A model generated the notes under the pieces. The model was given only the letters and a program-made list of their open reading frames with translations. It did no database searches and was not told the DNA's origin. This document shows, piece after piece, positions 1 through 9,179 of a stretch of DNA of 40,579 nt (within the stretch, counting starts at the first letter, position 1; each line of letters begins with the position of its first letter). A program made the translations under genes and the position numbers. Source of the stretch: Actinomycetota bacterium (GTDB lineage Bacteria; Actinomycetota; Acidimicrobiia; IMCC26256; PALSA-610). Where the stretch lies: NCBI GenBank assembly GCA_034408875.1, contig JAWXCJ010000386.1, positions 1-40,579 of the forward strand. The letters are read 5' to 3'.

Positions 1-477
1 ATCCAGAAGGTGTGGGAGCTCGACGTCCCGGTCATCGTGGCGTGCAAGGGCTGGGTGATGGGCGCGTCGTTCCAGCGCGCGCTGCTATGCGACATGCGGA
101 TCGCCGCCGAGGGCACGCGGTTCCGTCTGCCCGAAGTGACCTACGGGGTGATTCCCGACACCGGTGGCGTCGGCGTGCTCTACGAGATGTGCGGGCACGG
201 CGTCACCAGCGACCTCGTGCTCACCGGACGCGTGATGCCTGCCGACGAGGCGCTGGTGCACGGCGTCGTGAGCCGCGTTGTCCCGGCCGACGATCTTGAC
301 GCGACCGTGCGCGAGATCGCCGAGCAAATCGCCGCGGCTCCGTACGTCACCGTGAAAATGGCGCGCGAGGTGTTGAAGCGTCTCGCGCTGCCCGACATCC
401 GGTCGTCGATGGCCGACGAGATGATCTACCAGACGTTCATCAAAACGATGAGGCCACAAGACCAGAGAGGCGAGTAG
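1..477 (+). CDS. Enoyl-CoA hydratase/isomerase (crotonase) family protein, 5'-truncated by window edge
   Basis: Frame open from base 1; PVIVACKGWVMGAS..LLCDMRIAAEGTRFRLPEVTYGVIPDTGG and LVLTGRVMPADEAL are crotonase-fold motifs. Confidence 0.88.
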   Translation: MQKVWELDVPVIVACKGWVMGASFQRALLCDMRIAAEGTRFRLPEVTYGVIPDTGGVGVLYEMCGHGVTSDLVLTGRVMPADEALVHGVVSRVVPADDLDATVREIAEQIAAAPYVTVKMAREVLKRLALPDIRSSMADEMIYQTFIKTMRPQDQRGE

Positions 478-480
478 CAC

Positions 481-1359
481 GTGGAACTGATCGGACTGCC
501 CGCGCCGCCTCCGGTAGGGGAGACGGCACTGCAACCGGACACGTTCGTGGGCCAGGCCGTCTTCGTCACGGGCGCCGGAACGGGTCTCGGGAAGGCGATT
601 GCGTCCGAGTTCGCGCGCCTCGGCGCCGCCATTGTGATCGCAAGTCGTAAGGACGAACACCTCGATGCGGGCCGCGACGCGATTACGGCGATCGGGGCGC
701 CGGTGCTCACCGTCACGTGCGACATCCGAGAACCCGAGCAGATCGCAGCGGCGTTCGACGCGGCGGAGACGGAGTTCGGGCTGCCGAGTGTGCTCGTCAA
801 CAACGCGGCCGCGAACTTTCCCGTGCCGGCCGAGGACATGTCGCCCAATGCGTGGCGCACGGTTGTCGACATCACACTCAACGGCACCTACTTCTGCGCG
901 CGCGAGTTCGGCCGCCGCCATATCGCCGCGGGTACGCCCGCGTCGATCGTCAACGTCGGTGCGTCGTACGCGTGGACCGGCGGTCCGGGCTTTGTGCACT
1001 CCGCCGCAGCCAAGGCCGGCGTGAAGAATCTCACTGAGTCGCTGGCGGTCGAGTGGGGCCCGTACGGAATCCAGGTGAACGGGCTCGTCCCCGGCCTGTT
1101 CCCGCACGAGGACATGACCGCCGATATCCAGGGGAACCTGGCGCGGACGAGCGACAAGGACGCGTGCCAGCCCGCGCTGCGCGTCGGTCAACGCCAGGAG
1201 CTCGGGTGGGCGGCGACGTTCCTCGCATCCCCGTACGCCCGGTTCATTTCGGGGCACACACTTGTCGTCGACGGCGCCAACTGGCAACGGCGCACACTCA
1301 CCAATCCGCCGGTCGTGACCGTGCGCGAACAAATGGGGAAAGGACCTTTCGTACCATGA
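481..1359 (+). CDS. SDR oxidoreductase, 2,4-dienoyl-CoA reductase-like
   Basis: TGAGTGLG Rossmann motif, LVNNAAANF, HSAAAKAG, LAVEWGPYGIQVN typical of DECR-like SDRs. Confidence 0.85.
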   Translation: MELIGLPAPPPVGETALQPDTFVGQAVFVTGAGTGLGKAIASEFARLGAAIVIASRKDEHLDAGRDAITAIGAPVLTVTCDIREPEQIAAAFDAAETEFGLPSVLVNNAAANFPVPAEDMSPNAWRTVVDITLNGTYFCAREFGRRHIAAGTPASIVNVGASYAWTGGPGFVHSAAAKAGVKNLTESLAVEWGPYGIQVNGLVPGLFPHEDMTADIQGNLARTSDKDACQPALRVGQRQELGWAATFLASPYARFISGHTLVVDGANWQRRTLTNPPVVTVREQMGKGPFVP

Positions 1360-2126
1360 ACCCCGAACAGCTACGCGGTCTCTTCGACCTCAGCGGCCGC
1401 GTCGCGATCGTCACCGGAGGCACGCGTGGCATCGGACGCGCGATTGCAGAGGGCTTCGTCAGCGCGGGCGCGCAGGTCGCCGTGGGCAGCCGCAAGGCCG
1501 ACGCGTGCGCGGAGACCGAGCAGCATCTGATCGGGTTGGGCGGCGAGGCAATCGGAGTTGCGACCCACATGGGCGACCTCGACGCGTTGCGTAACCTCGT
1601 CGGGCAAACGGTCGACCGCTTCGGCGGCGTCGATATCGTCGTGAACAACGCGGCCAACGCGCTGACCCAGCCCTTCGGCGAGTTCACACCCGAGGCATGG
1701 CAGAAGTCGTTCGACGTGAACCTGCGCGGCCCCGTGTTCCTCGTCCAGGAGGCGTTGCCGCACCTCGAACGCAGCGAGCACGCCGCGGTCGTGAACGTCA
1801 TCTCCGCGGGCGCGTTCCTGTTCGCGTCGAACGTTGCGATGTATGCCGCGGCCAAGGCCGCGCTGATGTCGTTCACTCGGTCGATGGCGGCCGACTTCGC
1901 GCCCCGCGGCATCCGGGTGAACGCGCTCGCGCCGGGCACGGTCGACACCGACATGGTGCGGGCCAACACTCCCGAAGCGCAGCAGTCGATGGCCCTCGCC
2001 GGCCACCTGCGCCGGGCCGCGAGGCCCGACGAGATGGTCGGCCCGGCGTTGTTTCTTGCGTCCGACGCGTCGAGCTTCGTCACCGGGCAGGTCGTGCTTG
2101 CCGATGGGGGTCTCGTCCCGCACTAG
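1356..2126 (+). CDS. SDR family NAD(P)-dependent oxidoreductase
   Basis: ATG 1356 overlaps upstream stop (ATGA); TGGTRGIG, VVNNA, YAAAK catalytic motif, IRVNALAPG. Confidence 0.9.
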   Translation: MNPEQLRGLFDLSGRVAIVTGGTRGIGRAIAEGFVSAGAQVAVGSRKADACAETEQHLIGLGGEAIGVATHMGDLDALRNLVGQTVDRFGGVDIVVNNAANALTQPFGEFTPEAWQKSFDVNLRGPVFLVQEALPHLERSEHAAVVNVISAGAFLFASNVAMYAAAKAALMSFTRSMAADFAPRGIRVNALAPGTVDTDMVRANTPEAQQSMALAGHLRRAARPDEMVGPALFLASDASSFVTGQVVLADGGLVPH

Positions 2127-2145
2127 GTCCTCTGCGACCCTGGCG

Positions 2146-2862
2146 TCACCCGGGATTGGTGAATGTCGCGAGCAGGCGCGCGAACTCGGCTTCCTCGCGC
2201 GCGCGAGCGGCGACGATTGCGGGCAGCTCGCCCGCGCGCATCGTCAGTTTGATCGCGCGCAGCGCCGGAAGGGTAGAGGCAGCAATCTCCGTCGCGACCG
2301 CGACGGCGCGCGGGAGGAGGTCGACAGGGATGTGCCGGCTGAACGCGAGGCCGTACTCGACCGCCTGTTCCGCGTTCAGCCACTCGCCCGTGAGCAGCAC
2401 GAAGGCCGCGCGCTGCGCGCCCATCCGGGCGGGAAACAGATAGCTGCTGCCGGCTTCGGGCGCGACACCCATCTCCGCGAACGGTGTGCGAAAACGCGCA
2501 TCGTTCGCGACCAAGACAATGTCGCAGTGGGGGAGCAACGTCATGCCGATGCCCACCGCGACCCCGTTGACCGCGGCGATGAGCGGCTTGTCGAAGGTCT
2601 GGAGTGCTTCGAGCAGCACGGGGAATCCGGATTCGAGCCCGGGTTCTCCGGCGGCGAGGCGCGCCATTTCCTTCAAGTCCTGACCGGCCGAGAACGCGCG
2701 CCCGGCACCGGTCAGGACCACGGCGTGGACGTTGTCGTCGGCGCGAGCATCGTCGAGCGCCGCGCCGGTCGCCCGGTACAGGGCCGAGTCGAAAGCGTTC
2801 AGCGCTTCCGGGCGGTTCAATGTGAGCAGCCGCACCCGGCCGCGGTCTTCGACGAGGATCAC
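2146..2862 (-). CDS. Enoyl-CoA hydratase/isomerase family protein
   Basis: LTLNRPEALNAF, AFSAGQDL, KPLIAAVNGVAVGIG, PEAGSS motifs. Confidence 0.9.
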   Translation of the reverse strand: MILVEDRGRVRLLTLNRPEALNAFDSALYRATGAALDDARADDNVHAVVLTGAGRAFSAGQDLKEMARLAAGEPGLESGFPVLLEALQTFDKPLIAAVNGVAVGIGMTLLPHCDIVLVANDARFRTPFAEMGVAPEAGSSYLFPARMGAQRAAFVLLTGEWLNAEQAVEYGLAFSRHIPVDLLPRAVAVATEIAASTLPALRAIKLTMRAGELPAIVAARAREEAEFARLLATFTNPG

Positions 2863-2866
2863 CGGC

Positions 2867-3616
2867 TTAGTCCGTTTCGTCGCCGAGCGGCGGCCGTGCC
2901 TCCCGCGTCGCCGGCCACGCCTCGGGATCGACGAGCGCGTACAAGAGCGCGCCGATGACGGCGCCCACGATCGGTGCCAGCCAGAACAACCAGAGTTGTT
3001 CCATGGCCCATCCGCCCTCGAACACGGCCGGGCCCGTCGATCGGGCCGGGTTCACCGAGGTGTTGGTCACCGGGATGGTCACGAGGTGGATCAGCGTCAG
3101 CGTCAGGCCGATCGTCAACGGCGCGAATCCGACGGAGGCGGTGCGCGCGGTGGCGCCGAGGATGACGAGGATGAATATCGCCGTCATCACGATCTCGGCC
3201 ACGAGCGCGGCCGAGAAGTTGTACAAGCCGGGGGAATGGTCGGCAAACCCATTCGCGGCCAGTCCGTTGACGTCGAGGTCGTAGCTCTCGGTTCCGTTCG
3301 CGATGACGAGGAGTACTCCGCTCGCGGTGATCGCCGCGATCACCTGCACGACGATGTACGGCAGGACCGCAGCCGACTCGACCCGGCGGGCCAGCCAGAG
3401 TCCGATCGTCACGGCCGGGTTGAAGTGTCCGCCGGAAACGACGCCGAGCGCATACGCGCCCGCGACGACCGTCAGGCCGAACGCGAGCGAAACGCCGACC
3501 AAGCCGATCCCCAGGTTGGTCTCGGGCTGGAAATTGGCCGCGAGTACGGCGGCTCCAGTTCCGCCGAGTACCAACAGGAACGTGCCAATGAACTCCGCTG
3601 CCAGTCTCCGACCCAT
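2867..3616 (-). CDS. aqpZ: Aquaporin Z (MIP family water channel)
   Basis: [17 protein letters not shown] and [12 protein letters not shown] (both NPA boxes), [12 protein letters not shown]; alternative start 3637. Confidence 0.92.
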   Translation of the reverse strand: MGRRLAAEFIGTFLLVLGGTGAAVLAANFQPETNLGIGLVGVSLAFGLTVVAGAYALGVVSGGHFNPAVTIGLWLARRVESAAVLPYIVVQVIAAITASGVLLVIANGTESYDLDVNGLAANGFADHSPGLYNFSAALVAEIVMTAIFILVILGATARTASVGFAPLTIGLTLTLIHLVTIPVTNTSVNPARSTGPAVFEGGWAMEQLWLFWLAPIVGAVIGALLYALVDPEAWPATREARPPLGDETD

Positions 3617-3736
3617 GGCAATCACGGGAACCTCCATTGCGTGGATGCGGTTGCGGCGGTGTTGCTATCACCCGCGTACGGACACTCGCACGTATCTCGT
3701 AGCGCGCGCAGCTGCTCGCTTTTTGTGATCGCCTCG

Positions 3737-3793
3737 TCACCTCACCCTCGGTGAAGTCACCCCGGGAAGGGTGAGGCGCCCGGCCTCACCCTT
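3737..3793. promoter_or_regulatory. Tandem TCACC-N8-GGTGA palindromic boxes (3737-3754, 3757-3774) plus a 10-bp inverted repeat (3767-3776/3784-3793); putative regulator binding sites
   Basis: Read directly: tcacctcaccctcggtga and tcaccccgggaagggtga, 20-bp period, between divergent aqpZ and the LuxR gene. Confidence 0.6.
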
Positions 3794-3846
3794 CGTATGC
3801 TCTCCCAGACCCGCACCCGCCCGAGCACGAGTCACGAGGGGACCAC

Positions 3847-5816
3847 ATGTCGGTAGCCGCGCCTTCACCGGTAGAGACTTCCGAGTTCTTTCGAACGTGC
3901 GGCTTCGACCTCGCCGCCGGGGAAACCGCGACGCTGTGGGAACGTACCGAAGGCTGGGCCGCAGGGCTGCGGCTGGCGGCGATCGCACTCACTTCGGAGC
4001 CGGATCCGGCCCGGTTCATCGCCGACGCGGCCCGGACCGAAGCCGTTGTGTCCGATTACCTCTTCCGCGAGGTCATCGACCGCCAACCGCCCGACCTCCA
4101 AGAATTCCTGCTGCGTACGAGTGTCGCCGACCGGCTCACGGCCGAATTGGCCGAGATGCTCTCGGGCGATCGCGACGCGCGCGACCGCCTCGAGTTGCTC
4201 GAGCGCGGCGGCGTGTTCCTGACCGCAGTCGACGACACGCGAACCATGTTCCGGTACCACGCACTGTTCGGCGCGTTGCTCCGGGCCCGGCTCCGCGCGC
4301 AGCGCCCCGACGAGGCACAGGACCTCGCCCGCCGGGCCGCGACCTGGTTCGCCGACCACGACATGGCGCCCGAAGCCGAAGTGCACGCGCGCCGCGCCGC
4401 CGACTGGGAACTTCTCGGCGCCTTGCTGTGCAGTCGCTGGCTGCGCTCGGTCATCGACGGTGCCGGCGATCGCCCGCTCCCGTTCGACCTTCTGCTCGAC
4501 GCCGCGCCCGACGAACCGGCGCTTGCGCTGCTCGCGTACGCAGAGGCCGTCTCGATTCGAGATCGCGCCCACGCTGACCGTTGGCGCTCGCAGTGGGCGG
4601 CCATGGCGGCGCCCGCAGATGACGAGCAAGCGCTCGTCTTGGGCCTCGTCGACGTCATGTACGGCCGTACCTTCGGTGCGACCGCCGAATCCGTTTCGGC
4701 CAGCGCCCGAGTGCGGGCCGCGTGCCTCGCCGCGGGTCGAGAGCTCGATGTGTTGCGCGTCGTCGCGCTCGTTCGCGAGGCCGAGCTGTGCCTGGACGTC
4801 GGCGACATCGACGAGGCGGTCGCGCTGCTGTACGAGGCGCGTCGCGAAGCCGTCGAAACGAACGCGCCGTGGATCGGCTGCGAAGCAGCGGCGTCGCCGG
4901 CGTTCGTTGCGGCGTGTCGCGGCGACCTGCGCGATGCCGAGGCGTGGCTGCGCGAAACGCTCGAACGTGAGCAGCCGGCGCGGACGACGGGTTCGCTCCA
5001 CGACATCGTCGGGGTGACGAGCGCCTTGCTGCACGCGGCGCGTGGCCGCAACGCTCATGCGCTCTCGGCCGTCGCCGCCGCCGCCGGCGCACGGGATTCG
5101 TCGGCATTGGTGCGAGACGCGGCGGCGCTTGTCGTCGAGGTCCTCGATCCCAGATCGGCGCGCCGCGCCGCGGCCCGCAATCCGATCCTGACCGAGGTGC
5201 TTGTCTCGCTCGGCGACCTCGAGCGCGTGAGCGAGAGCGGCCAACCACCGGCCGCCACGACGGCGAGCGCGCGGTAGCGCGGGCGCGACGTCTCGTCGAC
5301 ACGGGTCGGGACGACGCCCTCGTGCTCGACGTCCTCACGGCCGCGCTCCTCGACGCGAAGGCCGGCCACCCGCGTACCCGGGTCGAGATGATGGTCCTCG
5401 GGGCCCCCGCCGCGGAGCGACTCGGCGACGAGTCCGGTGCCCGTGAGTGGGTGCAACGCTCGCTAGACACGGCCGAACCTGACGACTTCCGGGCGCCCTT
5501 CCTCGGCTACGGGCGCGATGTCGCCGGTCTGCTCGAGCGGTACGCGTGGCAGGCGGGCCCGCACCACGGATACGCGGTAGAGATCCTCGAAGAGGTGCGC
5601 CGTTCCGACCCGCCCGTGTTCGTCGAGCCGCTCACCGACCGCGAGCACGCGGTCCTGCAGTACCTGCCCACGATGATGTCGAACGTCGAGATCGCACGGG
5701 AACTGTTCGTGTCGGTCAACACGGTGAAGACCCACCTGAAGGCGGTCTACCGGAAGCTGGGAGTCGAGCGACGCCGTGATGCCGTGCTGCGCGCGCGCCA
5801 GCTCGAGATCCTCTGA
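3847..5816 (+). pseudogene. MalT-like (STAND/LuxR) transcriptional regulator, 5'-truncated and frameshifted
   Basis: RTEGWAAGLRLAA, DYLFREVI..QP..LQEFLLRTSV, FRYHALF in ORF 3847-5277; LuxR HTH (EPLTDRE..VLQYL..SNVEIARELFVSVNTVKTHLKAVYRKLGV) in a different frame (5322-5816); no N-terminal Walker A region. Confidence 0.8.
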
Positions 5817-5903
5817 CCCGAGCGGTAACCACGATGAGGTGATGCGAGGTCGCGGTGCTCCAGTGGGCGCGCAACGGTCCCGTGCCGTACGGTTGGCCCC
5901 GTC

Positions 5904-6290
5904 GTGGCGATACCTGAGGAAGCAGCGGCGGTCGGCAACGCGCTGGCCCGGAGCGCGGGCCGAGTGCTCGCGTCGGCGGGCGACGTCGCGCTCTCCCTCG
6001 TCGGGCGCGTCGTCAACGGGGTGATCGCCCAGGTCGACATGAACGCATTGCTTGCCCAAGTCGACATGAACGCGTTGCTCGCCCAAGTCGATCTCGACGC
6101 GCTCATGGAGAGCATCGACCTCGATGGGCTCCTCGCCCGCACCGAAATGGGTTCGCTGATCGTGCGGTCGACGAGCGGCGTTGCCTCGGAGGCGCTCGAT
6201 GTCGTCCGCAGCGGCGCGGTCGGCATCGACGGCGCCATCGGGCGCACGGTTGACCGGGTCCTGCGCCGCAGCAGCAGCAATGGCCGCTGA
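5904..6290 (+). CDS. Hypothetical protein with (AQVDMNALL)n repeats, coupled to the RDD gene
   Basis: 128-aa ORF with 9-aa VDxxAL repeats; stop overlaps RDD start. Confidence 0.7.
   Translation: MAIPEEAAAVGNALARSAGRVLASAGDVALSLVGRVVNGVIAQVDMNALLAQVDMNALLAQVDLDALMESIDLDGLLARTEMGSLIVRSTSGVASEALDVVRSGAVGIDGAIGRTVDRVLRRSSSNGR
6027..6107 (+). repeat. 27-bp coding tandem repeat x3
   Basis: gcccaggtcgacatgaacgcattgctt / gcccaagtcgacatgaacgcgttgctc / gcccaagtcgatctcgacgcgctcatg. Confidence 0.85.
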
Positions 6291-6801
6291 CGCGATTGTC
6301 AAACCGACGAGCCTTGCCGGTCACTACGCCGGCGTAGCGTCGCGAACCGGCGCGTACGTCGTGGACGGGTTCGTGTCCGTGGCCGTGTACACGGTCGGCG
6401 TCGCCGGGGTGCGCTTCCTGCTGGACCTCGTCCTCGACGTGAAACCGCCCGACAAGGGCTCGCCCATCTGGCTGGTCGGCTTCGTCGTGTGGCAGTTCGT
6501 CTACCTGGCCGGGTGCTGGGGCACGTCGGGGAAGACTCCCGGCAACGCAATGCTCGGCATCAGGGTCGTGCGCGGGAACGGCCACGAACTCGGGCTGCGG
6601 CGTGCGATCGTGCGCACGATCGTGTACCCGTTCTCGTTCCTGTTCTGCGGCGTCGGCCTGATCGGCGTCGTGATCGGTAAGCACCGGCGCGCGCTGCACG
6701 ACGTCGCGGCCGGCAGCGTCGTCGTGTACGACTGGGACGCGCGCGCGGCGCGGCTGCGATTTCTCGCCCGCCGCACCGACGCGCAAACCCCCGGCGGCTA
6801 G
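6280..6801 (+). CDS. RDD family membrane protein
   Basis: YAGVASRTGAYVVD, GKTPGNAMLGIRVV, RRALHDVAAGSVVVY carry the RDD signature residues. Confidence 0.88.
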   Translation: MAADAIVKPTSLAGHYAGVASRTGAYVVDGFVSVAVYTVGVAGVRFLLDLVLDVKPPDKGSPIWLVGFVVWQFVYLAGCWGTSGKTPGNAMLGIRVVRGNGHELGLRRAIVRTIVYPFSFLFCGVGLIGVVIGKHRRALHDVAAGSVVVYDWDARAARLRFLARRTDAQTPGG

Positions 6802-6944
6802 GCCCCTTCGAACTCGTCGGCGTGCTTCAGCAACGCCCACAGGATCACGACTTCGACGACCAGCCCCGCGAACGAGGCGAACGGATAGACGAACATCGAG
6901 AACACGGTGAGCGTCGCGGCGATCGTCGCCCACGCAATGCCGAG
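6798..6944 (-). pseudogene. C-terminal remnant of a small membrane protein (DUF7144-like)
   Basis: LGIAWATIAATLTVFSMFVYPFASFAGLVVEVVILWALLKH resembles the last two helices of this actinobacterial family; no own start. Confidence 0.5.
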
Positions 6945-7010
6945 CGTCGCTTCGGGGAGGTCGGCCAGGACACCCGTCAGGAATAGGAGCACGACGACGG
7001 TCAGCGCCGC
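6939..7010 (-). pseudogene. Internal fragment of a SulP/SLC26 anion transporter
   Basis: AALTVVVLLFLTGVLADLPEATLG matches the SulP LLFLxxLLxxLPxATL segment. Confidence 0.6.
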
Positions 7011-7120
7011 GCGCCGAACACTTCGCGCCACCACTGCGCGCTCGCGACGGCACGGGTCTCCTCGAAGTCGTCGGGGAGGAGGCCGCCGAACACGAACGAC
7101 CAGCCGTACTTCTCGGCATC
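7010..7120 (-). pseudogene. Internal fragment of a formylglycine-generating enzyme (SUMF1/FGE family)
   Basis: DAEKYGWSFVFGGLLPDDFEETRAVASAQWWREVFGA matches the FGE segment (AE.FGWSFVF...WW..V.GA). Confidence 0.75.
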
Positions 7121-7121
7121 C

Positions 7122-8105
7122 TTCCGTCTGCCCAAGTGGGCGTTCGGGGTGCTCGTCGTCGTGACGTCCATCACCGTCGGCGTCGCGCCCACATCGACGT
7201 GGTTGCACTCGACGACGACGAACACCGACAAGTTCGTCGACCGGGTCGCGCCCGTCGTCGATGACCCGGCGGTCGAGGCCGCGCTAGGAGCCTGGGCCGC
7301 CGCCGAACTGCGCCAAGTGGTCGACCTCGACGGCTTCTTCGAGGAGGTGCTGCCCGACCGGGGCGAGGTGCTTGCGCCGGTGCCGGCGAACGCAGTGCAG
7401 GGGTTCCTGGCCGAAGAGGCGACGAAGGTCTTCGCGAGCGACACGTTCAACGAGGTGTGGGAGACCGCGCTGCGGCGGGCGCACGAGGCCGCGATCAAGG
7501 TCTTGCGGGGTGGGGGAGACAATGTCTCGGTCGAGAACGGCAAAGTGGTTCTGCACCTCACGCCGTTGCTGAACCAGGTGCTCGTCAACGTCGGCGACCG
7601 CATCTCCGGACTCGTCGGTCGCGACATCACCCTGCCCACGATCGACCCCGACGCGCCGCCCGGCGAAGCGCGCCAGAAGCTCGAGACCGCGCTCGGCCGC
7701 CCGCTTCCCGACGACTTCGGCGAGATCGAGGTGTTCGACTCCGACCAGCTCGGGGCGATGCAGGTCGCGCTCGAATACTTCGACAGGGGGTCATGTACCT
7801 CGCCGTCGGTTCGCGGGCGAACGCGAGGTCCTCGACCAGTTCAAAGTCGAGCAGAATCGGGAAGCGGCGAACGCGTGACCAAGGTCGGCGTGACGACCGC
7901 CGACTCGGCCGACGACGTCGCCTGGCTGCGTGAGCACGTGGGACTGTTGCGGGTCGGGGTCCTCGTCGTCGCGGGCCTGCTGGTCCTGTTCAGCACGCTC
8001 TCCTTCATCGGGCTGCTCGTCGTGGGCGTGATCGTCGGGCTCATCGAAGCGTGGCTCGGCCTGGTGAGCCGCGGCGGGACGGACGTCACCCCTCGAGCCA
8101 GTTGA
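7122..8105 (+). pseudogene. Actinobacterial integral membrane protein, 5'-truncated with internal deletions/frameshifts
   Basis: TDKFVDRVAPVVDDPAV...LGRPLPDDFGEIEVF and C-terminal TM helices; at about 7785-7880 the plausible peptides (VMYLAVG; AGEREVLDQFKVEQNREAANA) are in other frames. Confidence 0.6.
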
Positions 8106-8802
8106 TGCCGACCGCGAACGCGAACCCGAGCGTGGTGATGAGTCCGACCTTGCGCCCGGCGTACTCGTAGGCCTCGGGAACCATCGACGTCGTCAGCATG
8201 GTGAGGATCGCGCCGCCGGCGAAGGCGAGCACGAACGCGATGACGTCGGGCGACGCGCCGTCGAGGAACCCGTAGCCCGCCATCGACGACACCGCCGACG
8301 CGAGCACGATCGTGCCCCACAACGCGTAGACGCGTTTGGGCTTCCAGTTGCGCTCGTGCAGACCGGTCGAGGCGGCGATCGACTCCGGGAGGTTCGACGC
8401 GAAGACGGCGACGAGCATTGCGACGCCGACCTCACCGGTGAGCAGCGTCAGCCCGATGACCGCCGACTCGGGGATGCCGTCGAGGGCGGCTCCGAGCACG
8501 ATGCTCATCGGTGATGCTTCGTCCTCCGGCCCGATGGCTTGGCCGAACCGGTTGATGGCGACGTCGCCGAAGTAGAAGGTCAGTGCACCGACCGCGAGTC
8601 CGAACGTCGTGCTCCCGAGCCCATCCGCGGTGCCGAGCGCGACTTCGACGAGCTCGAACGCCACCGCCGACAGCAGCACACCCGACCCGAACCCCATGAC
8701 GAGACCGAGCGCGATCTTGTGCGGCGTGTGGATGCGTGCGATGACCGCACCGATGAGCAGCGACGACGCCGCGACGGCGCCCCACATGAATGCTTCGAGC
8801 AC
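8086..8802 (-). CDS. ZIP family metal (zinc) transporter
   Basis: VMGFGSGVLLSAVAFEL, LDGIPES, SNLPES, AFAGGAILTML..SMVPEA. Confidence 0.88.
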   Translation of the reverse strand: MLEAFMWGAVAASSLLIGAVIARIHTPHKIALGLVMGFGSGVLLSAVAFELVEVALGTADGLGSTTFGLAVGALTFYFGDVAINRFGQAIGPEDEASPMSIVLGAALDGIPESAVIGLTLLTGEVGVAMLVAVFASNLPESIAASTGLHERNWKPKRVYALWGTIVLASAVSSMAGYGFLDGASPDVIAFVLAFAGGAILTMLTTSMVPEAYEYAGRKVGLITTLGFAFAVGINWLEG

Positions 8803-8833
8803 GGCGTCAGTGTTTCAGATCGTGCCGCGCTTC

Positions 8834-9143
8834 TCAGGGAGTGAGCTCGACGACCTCGGTCGTGAATTGCGTGTCCTCGCGCAGCGGGCGTTCCTCCAGG
8901 CGCAGCGCGGTGACCACGTCGTCGGTGTCTCGGATGGCTTCGTAAATCGCACTCCACACCGCGACACCGATGGTCGAGCCGAGGATGCGGCACAGCAGCG
9001 CCGGGATAGTCGATCGAGTGTGGGATACGTCTGTAGGGGAGTTGCAGCGCGAGCACGACCATCACGGTCGACACGAGCGCGAGCGGCAGGTTGATGAAGA
9101 ACGCCCAGCGCCGGCTCAGCTGGTCGACGAAGATGCCACCGAA
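8834..9143 (-). pseudogene. Collapsed remnant of a DHA2 (EmrB/QacA-type) MFS drug efflux gene
   Basis: Minus-strand translation FGGIFVDQLSRRWAFFINLPLALVS...IDYPGA, then after a frame change LCRILGSTIGVAVWSAI and a C-terminal LEERPLR; about 100 codons remain of a family that is normally far longer. Confidence 0.75.
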
Positions 9144-9179
9144 CTACATTGCCGTGAGATTCCACGACGGGGGAACCCC

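Noticed and set aside
440-477. Possibly truncated C-terminus of the first crotonase (KTMRPQDQRGE)
   Set aside because: Looks atypical but cannot be judged without an alignment; spacing to the next gene is normal
8970-9179. 70-aa N-terminal extension of the P450 ORF
   Set aside because: It is the antisense of the MFS remnant; P450-like sequence starts at ATG 9180
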